This document shows positions 1-13,000 of a DNA stretch of 64,000 bases, in pieces. The notes below the pieces were generated by a model, which was given only the letters and a program-made list of their open reading frames with translations, did no database searches and was not told the DNA's origin. Numbering within the stretch: the first letter of the stretch is position 1; each line of letters starts with the position of its first letter. This stretch comes from Azolla caroliniana (Eukaryota; Plantae; Polypodiophyta): positions 3,100,001-3,164,000 of the forward strand of contig JBHGNT010000003.1 in the NCBI GenBank assembly GCA_043228905.1, given 5' to 3'. Both the position numbers and the translations under genes were made by a program.

Positions 1-1821
1 CAAGAAGTTGAACCAATGAAGCAAGTCTAAACTATCATTCGCTGGTAGGGTTCTTATTGCGAACCAAGTGATGTTCGCCACCATGTGGCACTCAGTCTCC
101 TGCTGGATTATGGACCCTTCAGGTTTGCACGTGATTAAGGCTGCCATCAGGGGGTTTATATGGTCAGGTAAGGACAACCCGATGGCTGTCGCCAGAGTGT
201 CATGGCATTGGTTAACACAACCGCGGGCCAAAGGGGGGCTTGGCCTCATAGACCCCTTAATGCAGAGCCGAGCATTGCTAGCCAAAATGGTGGTTCGATG
301 CCTCCTGTCAGGTAAGGGGTGTTGGAAGGTTCTACTTTGCAATAGGTTGCAGGCAGGGACTCCCAAGTATGGTAGGCCTTGGCCCGACTCCTTGAATTGG
401 TGTTGCACAAGCGGAGTCCCACCCAAGATGGCTTGTCTTCCAGAGGAGAGGGTCATGAACTCCATCTTGCGGGCATGGTGTCACGTACGACATCATTTGG
501 TCAAGCACACGCCGGAGACACTAATTGAGTGGTCTAGACAACCATTATTTTGGAACCCTCAAGTGCGAACAAGTGACAACATGATGTTAGGGCAACTTAA
601 GCGCCTAGCATGGGGAAAGCTGGCGCAAACAAGGCACCACTCTATAGATGATTGGAGATGCACGGTGGCTTTAGGAGGAGCCCAAGAGGTCCCATTCCCT
701 CCCCTCAAGGGAGCCATGAAAATGCGGAGATTGATAGCTGAGGCAGTTGATAGGCTTTCGTTGGGGGAGGTGAGAGAAGATGCTTGGTTCGGTCTCTTTG
801 ATGAGGATGGAAGGGTTAAGTTGTTGTAGGGCGTGAGCGGATCGGGAAGAGTTACAATTTTTGGGGAGAGTCAAAGTAGGGGCTCTTGGCACCCAATCCA
901 CGTGGTGGCGCAGGTTGGTAACATCTGGAAGACAAACCCGAATGTTACTAAGGTGGAACCCCATTGGATGTAATGGGTATATGGTTGTTGTCCCCTCGTC
1001 GAACTAGAATGGAACCCAGGGGATTTCAGGTGGAAACATGATGGCAGATTTTGCCATTTCTTCGAGTACAACACTAAACTGGGCCAGACTTTTTAACAAC
1101 AGCTAGACGACCCCTTACTCAATGGATGGCGTACATTGGGCATCCCTGATGAGGTGCTCATTACCTTTTGGAAGGGTCTCTGGCGTCTCCACATGCCGGA
1201 AAAGATAAAGTTTTTTTGGTGGCAAATCGGTCATAATGTGGTTCCCGTTGGCGAATGGCTAGGTAAACGTGGCGGCCCGTTAGGCTGCCCACTTTGCCAT
1301 TCACCTATTGAGCGTTGCCTAAAGGTATGTATGAAAAGCGCATTGCCTAAAGGTCTTTCAGGATCTGGTGCGGCCCCCGGAGGAAGTGATCATGGACATA
1401 TGGTTTGCGCTTATCAGCTGCCTACGAGGGCAATTGGACGAGGTTTGCAGTCATTCCAATGACGTGGTTACTGCTCGTTTGCGCTTCTGGCAAAAATGGC
1501 GGAACACGCCTATGGTGACACAAGGAGGAAGTGGCCTGAGGTGGAACTACCAGCCCTCACGTTGGTTGTTTCCGACTCACTTACCACCCTCCCTTCACTG
1601 TCGACCCCAGGAGTTGTCTCGTACTAGCCATCACTGAAGGACATCATTTTTAGCTATAGGTACTTACATTAAGTAGTCAGTCCGAAAGGCGATGTAACTA
1701 GTCTCAATTTCTTGAACTTGATAGGAGGGAGATTCCCCGATCTATGTATAAGCCTCCTTGTACAGTCTCTTTGTAATAATCCTTCCTAACTAATGGGAAA
1801 GTAGCTTCATTTAAAAAAAAA
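1..1821 (+). mobile_element. L1-clade LINE, 3' part (C-terminal ORF2 with zf-RVT region, 3' UTR, poly(A)); decayed
   Basis: ORF pieces 68-829 (IRGFIWSG..ARVSWHWLTQPRAKGGLGLID..ALLAK) and 1136-1637 (FWKGLWRLHMPEKIKFFWWQIGHNVVPVG..CPLCH) are typical of the plant L1 ORF2 C-terminus. Stops and frameshifts are present; A-tail at 1813-1821. Confidence 0.88.
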
Positions 1822-2951
1822 GAAGAACTCATATTTGTTCCCTTTCACCAAAGTTTTGTAATGATCCTAAAGCCTTCATGATATGAATGGCTTATACAAT
1901 CTTGCCAATTCAGAAAATAAGTGATATATTGCATGTTTGCAGATTCAACTCCTTGTTCTATCTATGGATAGTGGATTAAGCATAAACTTATCCAAGGCTT
2001 AACTATTAATGAACATTTTATGGGGGCCTTAAAGAGGGAACTAATGCAATTTCCTCTTAGAGTATATCACACAAAAACCAGAACCTTCATAGAATTTGGG
2101 TTTTGGTCTTTTCATCACCAAATGAATCATCAATATACCAGGCATAAGCCAAGGACAAACCCCAAGAATATGTGAGAGATTGATACTAAAGTACTACCAA
2201 TTCATCAAAAAGCTACAACTAAGATATGTCTAGCTTCAACTTCAATAAAAGAATATGGTGAGTGCTTGTGTAAGAGCCTGAATGAAATTTTTGATGGAGA
2301 ATCACATGTAGTCCACAAGGATCCAATTCAGGCGGAATCATCAGTGATTGGATTCATTCTTGGAACCATTTTGCATCACACAAAGTTCCCATTGGGCAAC
2401 ACTTTGGAGATCGTGAAACATACATCACATTTTTTCTATGTTCGCTGACATTTTGTATGACCTAGAATCTTGTACAGCAGAATATCTTGCGGATATTCAC
2501 CTTCCCTAGGTTAGTTTCCTACTCATAATGTAAGATATCTCTGAAAACAGAAATTTTTAATCTAACGACTAGAATTGTATAGAAATGGCATAACTAACTC
2601 ATATAATGCCTCATTATGAGAACTAGCTTTTGACGCAATAATCTTAAATCAACTGCATTACCATATATGAACAACAATATTAACAAAAATGTATACGCTC
2701 TGCCATGGTCATTAAAAAAAAATTGGCGGTATGTAAGTTCAAGTCCGTTTGCAGTAACAAAACGTTGAGATGGAAGACAGCAAAAGGGCTTGAAATTGAA
2801 CAAAAGAATAGATGACCATGACTTCTCCTGTCATAAGCTAAGAAATATTAGTGGATGGTAAAATCGCTCATTTGCCTCAACTAGTTAAATACAATCCTTT
2901 TATAATGATGCAAGGGAAAAGAAAGATCCACAACCATTCACAACTTTATAA

Positions 2952-3104
2952 TCAATTGTTGGTAATATTGTTTCTGCCTCCTACATAGGAAAGCCGAGAA
3001 ATGAGAGGCGCTTCTTCGTCCACTACCGGAGGAGCTGGGCTCAATGCCCCCACCTCTATTGACCCATCAGTATAATTTTCTGAAGACTTTTTCTCTAGCT
3101 TCCG
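2952..3104 (-). CDS. Last exon of a sugar-phosphate/phosphate translocator-like (TPT/nucleotide-sugar transporter family) gene
   Basis: RKLEKKSSENY..VVDEEAPLISRLSYVG..* resembles the C-terminal tail of plant TPT-family proteins. The expected acceptor CAG|GAG reads CAA GAG, so the exon start is uncertain. Confidence 0.65.
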   Translation of the reverse strand, partial: RKLEKKSSENYTDGSIEVGALSPAPPVVDEEAPLISRLSYVGGRNNITNN

Positions 3105-3665
3105 CTCTTGTGAGACAGAGATAAACAAGATATTACATGATAAAGCACAATGTGAAAGCATTTCCTTTGTACATGCTACAACTCAAATAAGGTTGTGGTG
3201 TGGGTTTGAGACTTCACCCTAAATCCTAAACTTCCTCACAACTTCCGTCTGAGTTCATGCATTCTAGTTTGCTCCTTTAAAAAATGGCTTTACAGCTTTG
3301 ACATTTTCACAGTACATAGTGAAAATGATAGCATCGCCCTTTTTAATGGAAACGCAAAATGCCCATAACATCTTAGTCCAGATAACATAACATCTTAGTC
3401 CAGATTACATGTTAGTAGATTTAATATCTAGAATCACACAAGGTTTCATGTTTAAAATCACTTATTTATATTAGGTCTCAAAGCATGGGTGTTATTTATT
3501 TTTTAACCTTGTGATTTTTAAAGAGCATTTTCCCTAGAGATTGGAATTTATAAAGGTTTACTAATTTTCATTTATGCTAATATTATCTTAGTGGGATATG
3601 ATCCAAAGATCCAACAGCACACTTGATCTTATTATATTATCATCAGAGCACACAGTATGATTTAC

Positions 3666-3772
3666 CTTCAGAAGAGCCTTTAACTTCTCAGGAATTGCGT
3701 CAACTGAGGGCTGGCTGTTAGCACGGGATTCTCTCATTTTGAGGTAGTTATATGTTACCACTCCAGACAACG
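3666..3772 (-). CDS. Penultimate exon of the TPT-family translocator gene
   Basis: AG acceptor at 3774-3773 and GT donor at 3665-3664. Encodes (A)LSGVVTYNYLKMRES..IPEKLK, continuing in phase from the previous exon (GYAI-A-LSGVV). Confidence 0.8.
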
Positions 3773-3871
3773 CTGCATCATAGATCACCAAAGAAAGAGA
3801 AGAATAGGAAAAACTCATTAGCAGTTCTATGCTCTTTTGAATACACTCAGCAATAAGAGGGATTCATTTAC

Positions 3872-4137
3872 CTATGGCATAGCCTATTATATTTAGACCT
3901 GTTAGCTTAGACTCTGGAAATAATAGTGTTGATAAAGCAATCAATATCCAATCTTTCAACACACCAGCTACTCTCACAGTTATGGCACCAGTTCTTCCGA
4001 TGACCAAAAACACTGATATATTCAAGGCAAGTGCACATAGTGCATTGCTAAAAAAGATCCAAAAATTGAACGTAATCTGTTGGGTTTCCATCTCTGGCTT
4101 CTCGAGTATAAACCATGGCACATATAGAAACAAGAAG
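3872..4137 (-). CDS. Internal exon of the TPT-family translocator gene (upstream exons not found in window)
   Basis: AG at 4139-4138, GT at 3871-3870. SFLFLYVPWFILEKP..FFSNALCALALNISVFLVIGRTGAITVRVAGVLKDWILIALST..IIGYAI is a highly conserved TPT-family segment. Confidence 0.9.
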
Positions 4138-5157
4138 CTGTTGTGGAATAAAAGATAAATGAGCATCTACTGCTGAATCTTCAGTGTAAATATAAGTATT
4201 AATTTCTCTCTCTCTCGCTCGCTCACTCTAGTCATTACATTACTGCAGAATCATACATATAATGCACGTCTATGGTGTGTGCAAACTGGCATACACATAA
4301 TTATAATGTCACTCTGGAATGAGAAAAAAGCAAGTCCACCTCCAAAACATAAGAGAATGAATGATTCTTCTTTTTTTTGAACTTAGAAGAGTGATCCTAT
4401 CTACCAGACCCTAAGAATATGACTCCATTAGGTTCAGAATGAATACCAAAATTGACTAAAACACAGGCATAGTATGAATATATTTTGCAATTAAGTTATA
4501 ATTTTCTTTTTAAAACAGTATATCATCTAAATATTTGATTATTACGCTGGATGAAGACTCAAGATGAAGCAAGCCAAATCAGCATTTGTTTTTAGGCATT
4601 GTGTTTTATTATGTTTCTTCAGTCATGTTTAAATTATGCTCAATGTTGTAATTTTCTCATTTTGCTTCCTCTAATCATGTTTTCTGTACTCTTTTTGCAG
4701 GACTTTCTCATTCTCTAAACACCATTCTTGTTATAGATATAATCATATAAATTTTCTGAAGCCAGCATTTACGAATATATGATATATCTGGGTTTCTAAA
4801 TCCCACCATGTGGACATTATTCCTTTTCACAACTCCTACATATGCCCAAGCATCATGATTAAAAGTGTCATGCTGGCTAGTACTCAGATCTCCAAACAGA
4901 GCATGGGTGGTAGATTGAGGGTACTTAACCTCAATCTCCTACACGCATATACAAACTTGCATGGTTAACATGCCATATGTTCATCCCTTAGGCTATTGGC
5001 ATAATCAATGTTGGGTAGATTATGTGATATATCACACTAGCCCATTTCAAACCTCACAGGGTTATGGATTCCAAGAAATAAACCCTCAGACCACAGTGCT
5101 CGAGCCTATCGAAAACAACAGACCTCACCCATTACTCACGAACCCTGTCCACCTACG

Positions 5158-5924
5158 ATGCCGATAACTATTTCCACCGCCCTTCGCAGATGGCTCCTTG
5201 AGAAGAGACTGGATGGATACATCAAAGTCGCCGAGGCACTTGCGCATCCGGAAGCCTTAGAAATCGCCAAAAAACTCAACATTGATATAGTCACCAATGC
5301 CACCATCCGGAAGAAGCTGGATTTATCATCCACTGGGGAGAAACATTTCGACATTCCCCTTGCGGAAGATCTGCAGAAACACTTCAGCACATATTCGATG
5401 TCCGCCAAAGCCTACAGAATGAAGGACATCCCTGACCCCTTTTTTCGGGAAATCGCCAAGTTCTTGTTAGAAGTGGGATGTGTACACGTAAATGCTTACA
5501 GTATGCCAAAGCAGAAGGCAGGTATCATCATTGATACCTTTGAAGGGCGCGCGGTGGATTGGGGGGTAATTACGGGACCAGTGTTACGGGAAGGCATGCA
5601 CACGTATCAAGGCGGGAAGAAGCTAAGGCCAATCATACAACAATATCAGACGATACTATTTCCACCCTGAGGTCTGCCCGCACCCCAGCCTAGCAAACCC
5701 ACGCCATCTCGATAAGCGAAATGGCGGTTAGCAGAGTTGGCAACCACGGAATGGGAAGATGAAGTGCAACCTTCCCAACCCATCACGCACAAACCACAGG
5801 AAGATTGGCCGGCAAACAAGGAGGGAGCTATGCAGGAGCAGGATGCCGAGCAGCGACAAGGAAGCCCAAAGCCGAAACGACACAAGCTTGACCAGAAAGA
5901 CGGGCGCGGACTGGTCAAAGACAC
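5158..5924 (+). pseudogene. Extra 3' ORF (eORF) of Ty3/gypsy element A, N-terminal part
   Basis: MPITISTALRRWLLEKRLDGYIKVAEALAHPEA..DPFFREIAKFL..MPKQKAGIIIDTFEGRAVDWGVI aligns by eye with the post-pol ORFs at 14594 and 62648. In-frame stops follow 5670. Confidence 0.7.
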
Positions 5925-6589
5925 CAACCAGCCAAGGCGTTACGAGAACGAAGGAGGCCATGCGGGCCAGGACGCGGCAAGGGTGATCTTCCGATAAGCT
6001 GTCGGGAACACTCGGTTAAGGAGCGGTGTGCCGAGCTGGGAAGGGCACACCTGAAAACAGAATGTGACAGGCATGCGTGTGGCCACCGAGGGCCAAAGCA
6101 AAGCACGAGTACGGGATGGTGCTCGACACAGATGGTGCCGAGCAAGGAAGGCGGAAGACAACACATGGTGGTGTCGGAAACGCGAACGCGGGCACGCGCA
6201 AACAGACTACGCAGAATGGAGACCGGAACAAGGTAGATGGCCGGAGAGGGATCCTCCACACCGGGTCCCGGAGACCATGGTAGTTCAAGTCGACGCGGCA
6301 ACGTAAGACCAAGGAGAAGGAAGGTGGCGGCGAGGGGACGACGGCAAGTAGAAGGCTCCAAACCGGTAGTAGCGCGAGACGAAAGTGGCCAAGCGGGCTA
6401 CTACGGGGTGTTCCTCGGATGCGGAGGACACTAGTACGCGGAAGCGGCGATGCACGATTTGTTCGGGCGATGACCAACGACGCGTGCATAGGGAGAGGTT
6501 GGAGAGCGAAGGTTAAGCTAGGGTCGGTCTTCTCCGGCAAGAGTCTATTTTGGCGCATACTGGTGGATGCGCGGTTAGGTGGGGGCGGA

Positions 6590-7329
6590 TGTCATGGAGA
6601 AAACCGTCCCTAGGCGGAATCGAAGAATATCAGGAGAATCGGCGGTGTGCACCATGTGCACTTACCCTTGTAAAACGTGTGAAATAATAGGAGTTAAGTC
6701 GGGACAGAGGATCCCATGCATAAGGGATTTATCCCACATTGTAACGCATCTCCCTCGTTCTATAAAAGGAAGGGAGCGCCTCTTGTGAAAGGGTTGCCCA
6801 TTTTGAGTTAGGAGGGTATACCGTTAGGTTTAGTATTCCGTTTATCTTTTCTTCTTCTTCTTCCCCTTCGTGTTTACTTAGGGTTTCTTCCGCTCGGTCT
6901 CCTGTGCAAGACCCCGCTCGGCGTGACAAGCCCGTGAGCTCCCCGATCGGCGGCTTGACAGCAGACGGCTGTTGTAACCTACCTTTGTCCGGCTCGAAGC
7001 CGGGGTTGTATCTTTCCCAGTTATATATATATAAGTATATATATTCGTGTCGTTTGTGCATACCGGTGTATTTGGTGGAGTCGGGGGCACGACCCTTGTC
7101 GTGTGTGTATAAGAATCGGTGCAATGCGTTCTCTCTCTCTCTCTCTCTCTCTCTCTTCCTCTCTCGCGTTTGGTAGCCACCGGTACGTGTCCGGAATTGC
7201 TCCAGTTCGCGCCACAACCAGTGTAGCCGGGACAGGAGAGAAGTCGGGTTCCGATACCCCATCACTTCCTCGTCCGAAACCCCCGTGGTCCCACCCCTCT
7301 CCTATACGTACCCGCGGAATACCGCGACA
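6590..7329 (+). mobile_element. 3' LTR of a nested Ty3/gypsy element (internal remnant at 5925-6589)
   Basis: Purine-rich tract GGTTAGGTGGGGGCGGA directly before TGTC at 6590; ends ..GCGACA at 7329; TATAAAA at ~6760. Confidence 0.65.
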
Positions 7330-9578
7330 ACGTATGAAGGCGGGAAGAAGCTAAGGCCAATCTTTCAACAATATCATACGATACTATTTCCACCCGAGGT
7401 CTGCCCGCACCCCAACCTAGCAAACCCACGCCATCTCGATAAGCGAAATGGCGGTTAGCAGAGTTGGCAACCACAGAATGGGAAGATGAAGCGCAACCTT
7501 CCCAGCCCATCACGCACAAACCAAAGGAAGATTGGCCTGCAAACAAGGAGGGAGCTACGCATGAGCAGGATGCCGAGCAACGACAGGGAAACCCAAAGCC
7601 GAAACGGCGCAGGCTTGACCGGAAAGACGGGCGCGGACTGGTCAAAGACACTATTGCGGATACAGACACGACTGCAGACACAAACATGACCACCCTGGTC
7701 GATAATTCCACCGCTATAGAGCCCAACACCACTTTTGAAATAATCCGGGAACCTTGACCAATCATTACGGCCCAGTCACAACGTGGAAAAAGCGTACTCA
7801 CGGCGGAAAGTGAAGTTATGAAGTACCCAGATATCCCAGATGCAACCCACGAGTTTGGTGCGCTACTACAATTCGAAACAAATTACAAACTGATGGATTT
7901 TTTGGTGACACAACAAATTAAGGTTTCACAACGAATGGCGGAGGAGCACGCATAACAACAGATGATTGAGCGTTCACTCACTAGCACAACGAAAAGTGAG
8001 GATGAAGGGCCCCTCGCCAGAGTTGGCAGGAAAAGAAATGCGGGAGTCCGTTGGGTAGGTATTGAGCTACCCCCACTAAATACGGCCCTCGTAGAAGTAC
8101 ACAGAGAATTGGCAAAGGTCAGTATAGGCGCCAAGGACATGGCGATTGAAAACAAAAACGTATGGAAGACAGTCAAGCAGACCCAAGCAGAGCTCCATAA
8201 GGCCAATGAACGCATTACGGAGTTAGAACGGGGTGTAACTTCGATACAACAAATATTTGGATCAACGAACAGCAATAGCGTGTTGCGAACCCTGAGGGAG
8301 GAGGTTGAAGCACAAACCACCATTGCCACGAATGCAAAAAGAGTTGCCTAGCTGGCAGAATCAGAGATAGACCGCCTCCGCGCAGAACTTTGCCAATCAT
8401 CAGATAGAGAAACGGACATCCGGGCGAAGGGCCGCAGGGCAATAAAAACACTAGAAGAGAAGCTTGGAGCAGAGGCAGCAACTCACGCCGTAACCAAAGA
8501 AGAAAAGGACAAACTACAGGAGGAAATAAGCAAGATGCAAGGAGTAAACACAGGACTCTGAGAGCTGTGTGACAAGAAGAAAGTATCGTACGAAGAACAA
8601 CTAGTACGAGAACGGGAAGCGTTACATCAGATAGAAGTTTGTCTGAGAAATGAAATGGGTTGCATGGAGGAGATACATTCAAAAGAATCCCAGATATGGG
8701 CGAAAATGAAGAGTCATTATGAAGAGGCGGCCATAGTCAACAAGCGCAAAATTGTAACCTCAAAAAGGCACTTGAGGAAGCTCAGAACCGTTCCCAAGCC
8801 ATTATAGACAATATACGCATACTTCTCTAGACAAATCGGGAGAAGTTTACGACGCAACTAAAAACAACACTAGACAAGGGATGGACGGTGTGGGCAACGC
8901 AAGCACAAGCAGCGCAACTGCACACATACTGCACGGATGCGGAAAACCGGCGCAAAGATGGTCGCGGCTTCAACAAGCTCAATGACGAAAGCGTCGCGGC
9001 GGTACGAGAGGAGCTCACACAAGACTACCGGGCGCTCGTAGACCAACACTCAGAGGAACTCGTGCAGCTACTAGAAGATTTCGGCGAAAGTCGGGAGGAG
9101 ATGTTTCACCGAATCATGGAAGTAGGTAGCACATGCCTGAGAGAAGAGCCCATCGCTGTACCAAATTGCGATTCCGTTGAACAAGAGGAGCATCAGCACA
9201 GTTCACCAGAGATTACAACTACGACCGACAACACTGAGGAAAATACAAACAACACGGAGTCTCAGCCTATCGCGAACCCACAAACGGAAGGGCTAGCCTC
9301 GGTCGAGAGGAATGAGCCAAGGGAGCCAGGCCCAACTACGTAGGATGGAGATGACGCCATGGCGACCCCCATGATAGCCGCAAAGGAATAGGACGCGCAA
9401 CAATCGAACGAGGCGCCTGCAGACACTAACTTCATGGGAATCCCCACGACAACCACACAAGGGGACATCGTACAACTTAACACGGCCACAGACACTACAC
9501 CAATTCTGGACCAGAACGAACGCGCAGAACCGACCATTCTGGACATTTTGGAGGACGAATAGAGGGGTGGGTCCGACG
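7330..9578 (+). pseudogene. Element A eORF, second copy and continuation (low-complexity and coiled-coil part), decayed
   Basis: 7330-7652 repeats 5602-5924, followed by E/K/Q-rich helical ORF pieces (7962-8351, 8888-9343) in one frame with stops. PPT-like AGAGGGGTGGG at 9561-9571. Confidence 0.6.
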
Positions 9579-10061
9579 TGCCATGGCACTATCCCACAGG
9601 CGTGCTAGGTGTTGTCCACCGGAATAGTAACCGACGGACAAGCGGCATATAATATAAAAACATATTAGAAAGCGTTTTGGAAAGAAATGTAATGGCTCAT
9701 GCAGGAAGTGTGAGCGACTGAACATCCTGTGTATATAAAGGGTAGAAATCCTCGGTAAAGGGGTGCGTGTAATATTTTGGAGAGCGAAAGGTTGTTTAAT
9801 AGATTATTATCTTCTCTGAACTCTGTCTCTCTGTGCATCAGTCTAATTTTTGTGTTTAATCGTAAGTGTCTGTGTAAGCGTAAGTGCATGTACTAGTACA
9901 CTCCCTGAGGAGTTCGGTTGTAGCTGTTCCTCCCACACACTATCAGGATACGAGAGGTATCCCGTTACAATTTACGCTAGTACGTTTCCATTCCTTGAAC
10001 ACGGCCACCTTGAGGTCTACTTCGAAGGACGGAGCGTAGGTAGTGTTACTAATCGGTAACA
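9579..10061 (+). mobile_element. LTR (3' LTR of element A, approximate ends)
   Basis: Starts TG after the PPT, has TATATAAA at ~9732, ends ..GGTAACA; gag-like sequence of element C follows. Confidence 0.5.
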
Positions 10062-13000
10062 ATACGGAAGAACGAAAATCTAATAATTTTCGACGAAATG
10101 ATTATCACCGTATGTCAAATAAGCAATTTAATAAACCAAAAGAATCAAGCCAATCTTAGCACAATAACTGTGACAGAGGAAATCAAGATACACAAAATAA
10201 TTCTACCCCACACTATAAACAAGGAGAACAATTGTACCAAACTGTTATATATATCGGAAGGATGGGCATTATACAAATCAATGTCCAACAAAAGATAAGG
10301 GCAACACACCAACGGTTAACATGGTAATTCCGGAAATCCAGCAAGTAACTACTCGAAATAATTTAGCTAAACAATTAGAATGGGAGGTTCAGGAAGCCGT
10401 CTGAAAAGTAGCTAAAGAATGGGTCACGGAAGAAGCAAATAAAAATAATGTGTCTCGGATGATGCAAGATATGAAGGAACAAAATTTTGAAACACCAAAT
10501 CCACAATCAACACCATCACCAATTACGACAACCAGCGAAACCTGGAAGATCTTTGAAGATTGCCAAATCTCTTTACCTTTGGCGGCGTTGCTGAAACTAG
10601 TTCCCCGTTTTACGAAAAAAGTAGCAACCATAATCACTCAAAAAGATACCGAACAAGTATCGGTAAACTATAGCCACCCAAGCAACAGACTGACGATTAT
10701 GGATGAGAAAAGCCCTACAATAAAAGTCGTAATTCAAGGACAAGAGGTAGCCGGTGCTATTGTTGATGGTGGTTCAGGAGTCAACGTTATTAATAAAATC
10801 ACATGTGATAGATTGGGGATAAAGAAATGGGATGCATGTCCATGTTGGTTACACATGGCGGATACTAGTACAATACAACCTTTGGATCTCATCCGACAAT
10901 TGGATGTAGTTGTCAGAGGATATACGTTTCAAATTTCCACTATTGTACTCCACCTTGATGCTACGGGAGCATATCCTTTGATGTTGGGATGACCATGGTT
11001 AAAAACAACTAATATCAAGCAAAATTGGAATAAAAATGTATTAACATTCCGAAAAGGCAAGAGCAAGATTCGAGTATCCACACAAGATAAAATTAGTACC
11101 AGTAGGCAATGCCTGCCAATACATGCCGAAGCGGTTAATATGATGGAGGGGCTGGATGAAACAGAGGAACATCATTACTTTCAAGACAATCCAAAAATTA
11201 TTCCTCTCTTTGAAGTGGATATATTGCATGCTCTAACACCCTATGTCAAAGATCACATGGACACAATTCTAGTCAATGACCAAACCTTAAAAGAAATTCG
11301 GTTACAAAAGGAAGCGACCGAAAAAGAATTGCAAGTTTCGCAAAGGGTCCAAGCGTCATCCTTAGAAGAATTAAACTTAGTTGAGGAAGAATCAGGGATG
11401 CTACCAAAAACAATACTCATAGCAAAAGAAATGCTAAATGAGGAAAAACAACGTTTAAAAGATCTACTAAAACAATATAAAGACGTTTTTGCATCGTCTT
11501 TTGAGGACATGAAAGGTTTAGACCCGGCCTTCTGTCAACACCAAATCCATCTACACAAGGATGCAAAACCAGTTCAACAGCGCAAATATCGACTAAATCC
11601 GAACTATTCAATAAAAGTAAAAGAAGAAAGTGATAAACTGCTGAAAGTCAGCTTCATTCGACCTGTCAAAAAGGCGACCTGACTGAGTCCAATAGTAGTA
11701 GTACCAAAGAAAAATGGAAAAATTCGGGCATGTGTCGACTATTAGAAACTAAATGCAGCCACGGTAATAGACGCCTTTCCACTACCATTCACGGATGGAA
11801 TTTTAGATGTAGTGGCGGGGCATGAGATTTACAGTTTTTTGGATGGTTTCAGTGGATATAACCAAGTACGAATGCATCCCGACGATTAGGAAAAAACAGC
11901 CGTTGTTACAAAATGGGGGGTATTTGTAGCTGTGGTAATGATGTTTGGCTTGAAGACAGCTCCAGCCACATTTCAATGGGCAATTCAGGAAATTTTCCAT
12001 GATTACATTCCTATGTTTATGCAGGTTTTCTTGGATGATTTTGCTATCTGTAGTCGGAAAACTGACCATTTCGACCATCTCCGATTATGTTTGGAATGGT
12101 GTTGGCAAGGCAGGCTAAGCCTGAATCCGGCTAAATGTGCATTCGGAGTGACCAGTGGTGCATTATTAGGTCATATTGTCAGTGAACAAGGAATTGCAGT
12201 CGACCCCGACAAGGTCAAGGCAATATTGGATGCACCGGCACCTACGAATGCAAAGGCTTTGAGCCGATGTTTAGGACAAATACGATGGCACAACCGAATG
12301 ATAAAATATCTCGTTGATGTGGCAATGCCATTACATACAATAGTACATAAGGTGCCTTTTCAATGGACAGCGGTAGAACAGGATGCATATGACTATTTAA
12401 AGAAAATGTTATCCAAGGTTCCGGTTGTACAACCACTAGATTGGGATAAACCCTTTCATGTATTTGTTGATGCATTAGATATCGCAATCGGTAGTGCCTT
12501 AATGCAATTGTCCGAACCCAATTAGTACATGCCAATTTATTATGCTAGTAGGAAATTGTCTACAACAGAAAGGAATTATTCGACAACAAAGAGAGAAGCC
12601 TTGGGCATGGTCTATAGCATTAACAAATTTCGGCACTATCTCTTAGGTAAGAAATTTACATTTCATGTGGACCATTCCGCATTATTATACTTAGTGTCCA
12701 AGCAAGAATTAACAGGGAAATTAGCAAGATGGACACTATTGCTTCAAGAATTCGAATTCGATATTTTGCATCGACCGAGAGTACAACATGCTGTGGCCGA
12801 CTACCTCAGTCGACTTGAATAAGGAGAAGAAGCAACAGGGGTAAAAGATGATTTTCCGGATGAACAACTTTTTCGAGTTGAAACAGTACCGAGTCAAGAG
12901 ATGAATGAAGATATGGATGATAGCTGGATTACAGAAATGACAATATTTCTAACCATAAGGCTACCACTACAACAACTATCAGCAGATGAGAGAAAACGAC

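Noticed and set aside
6729-7265. ORFs with RERERE tracts
   Set aside because: Translation of a (CT)n microsatellite within an LTR.
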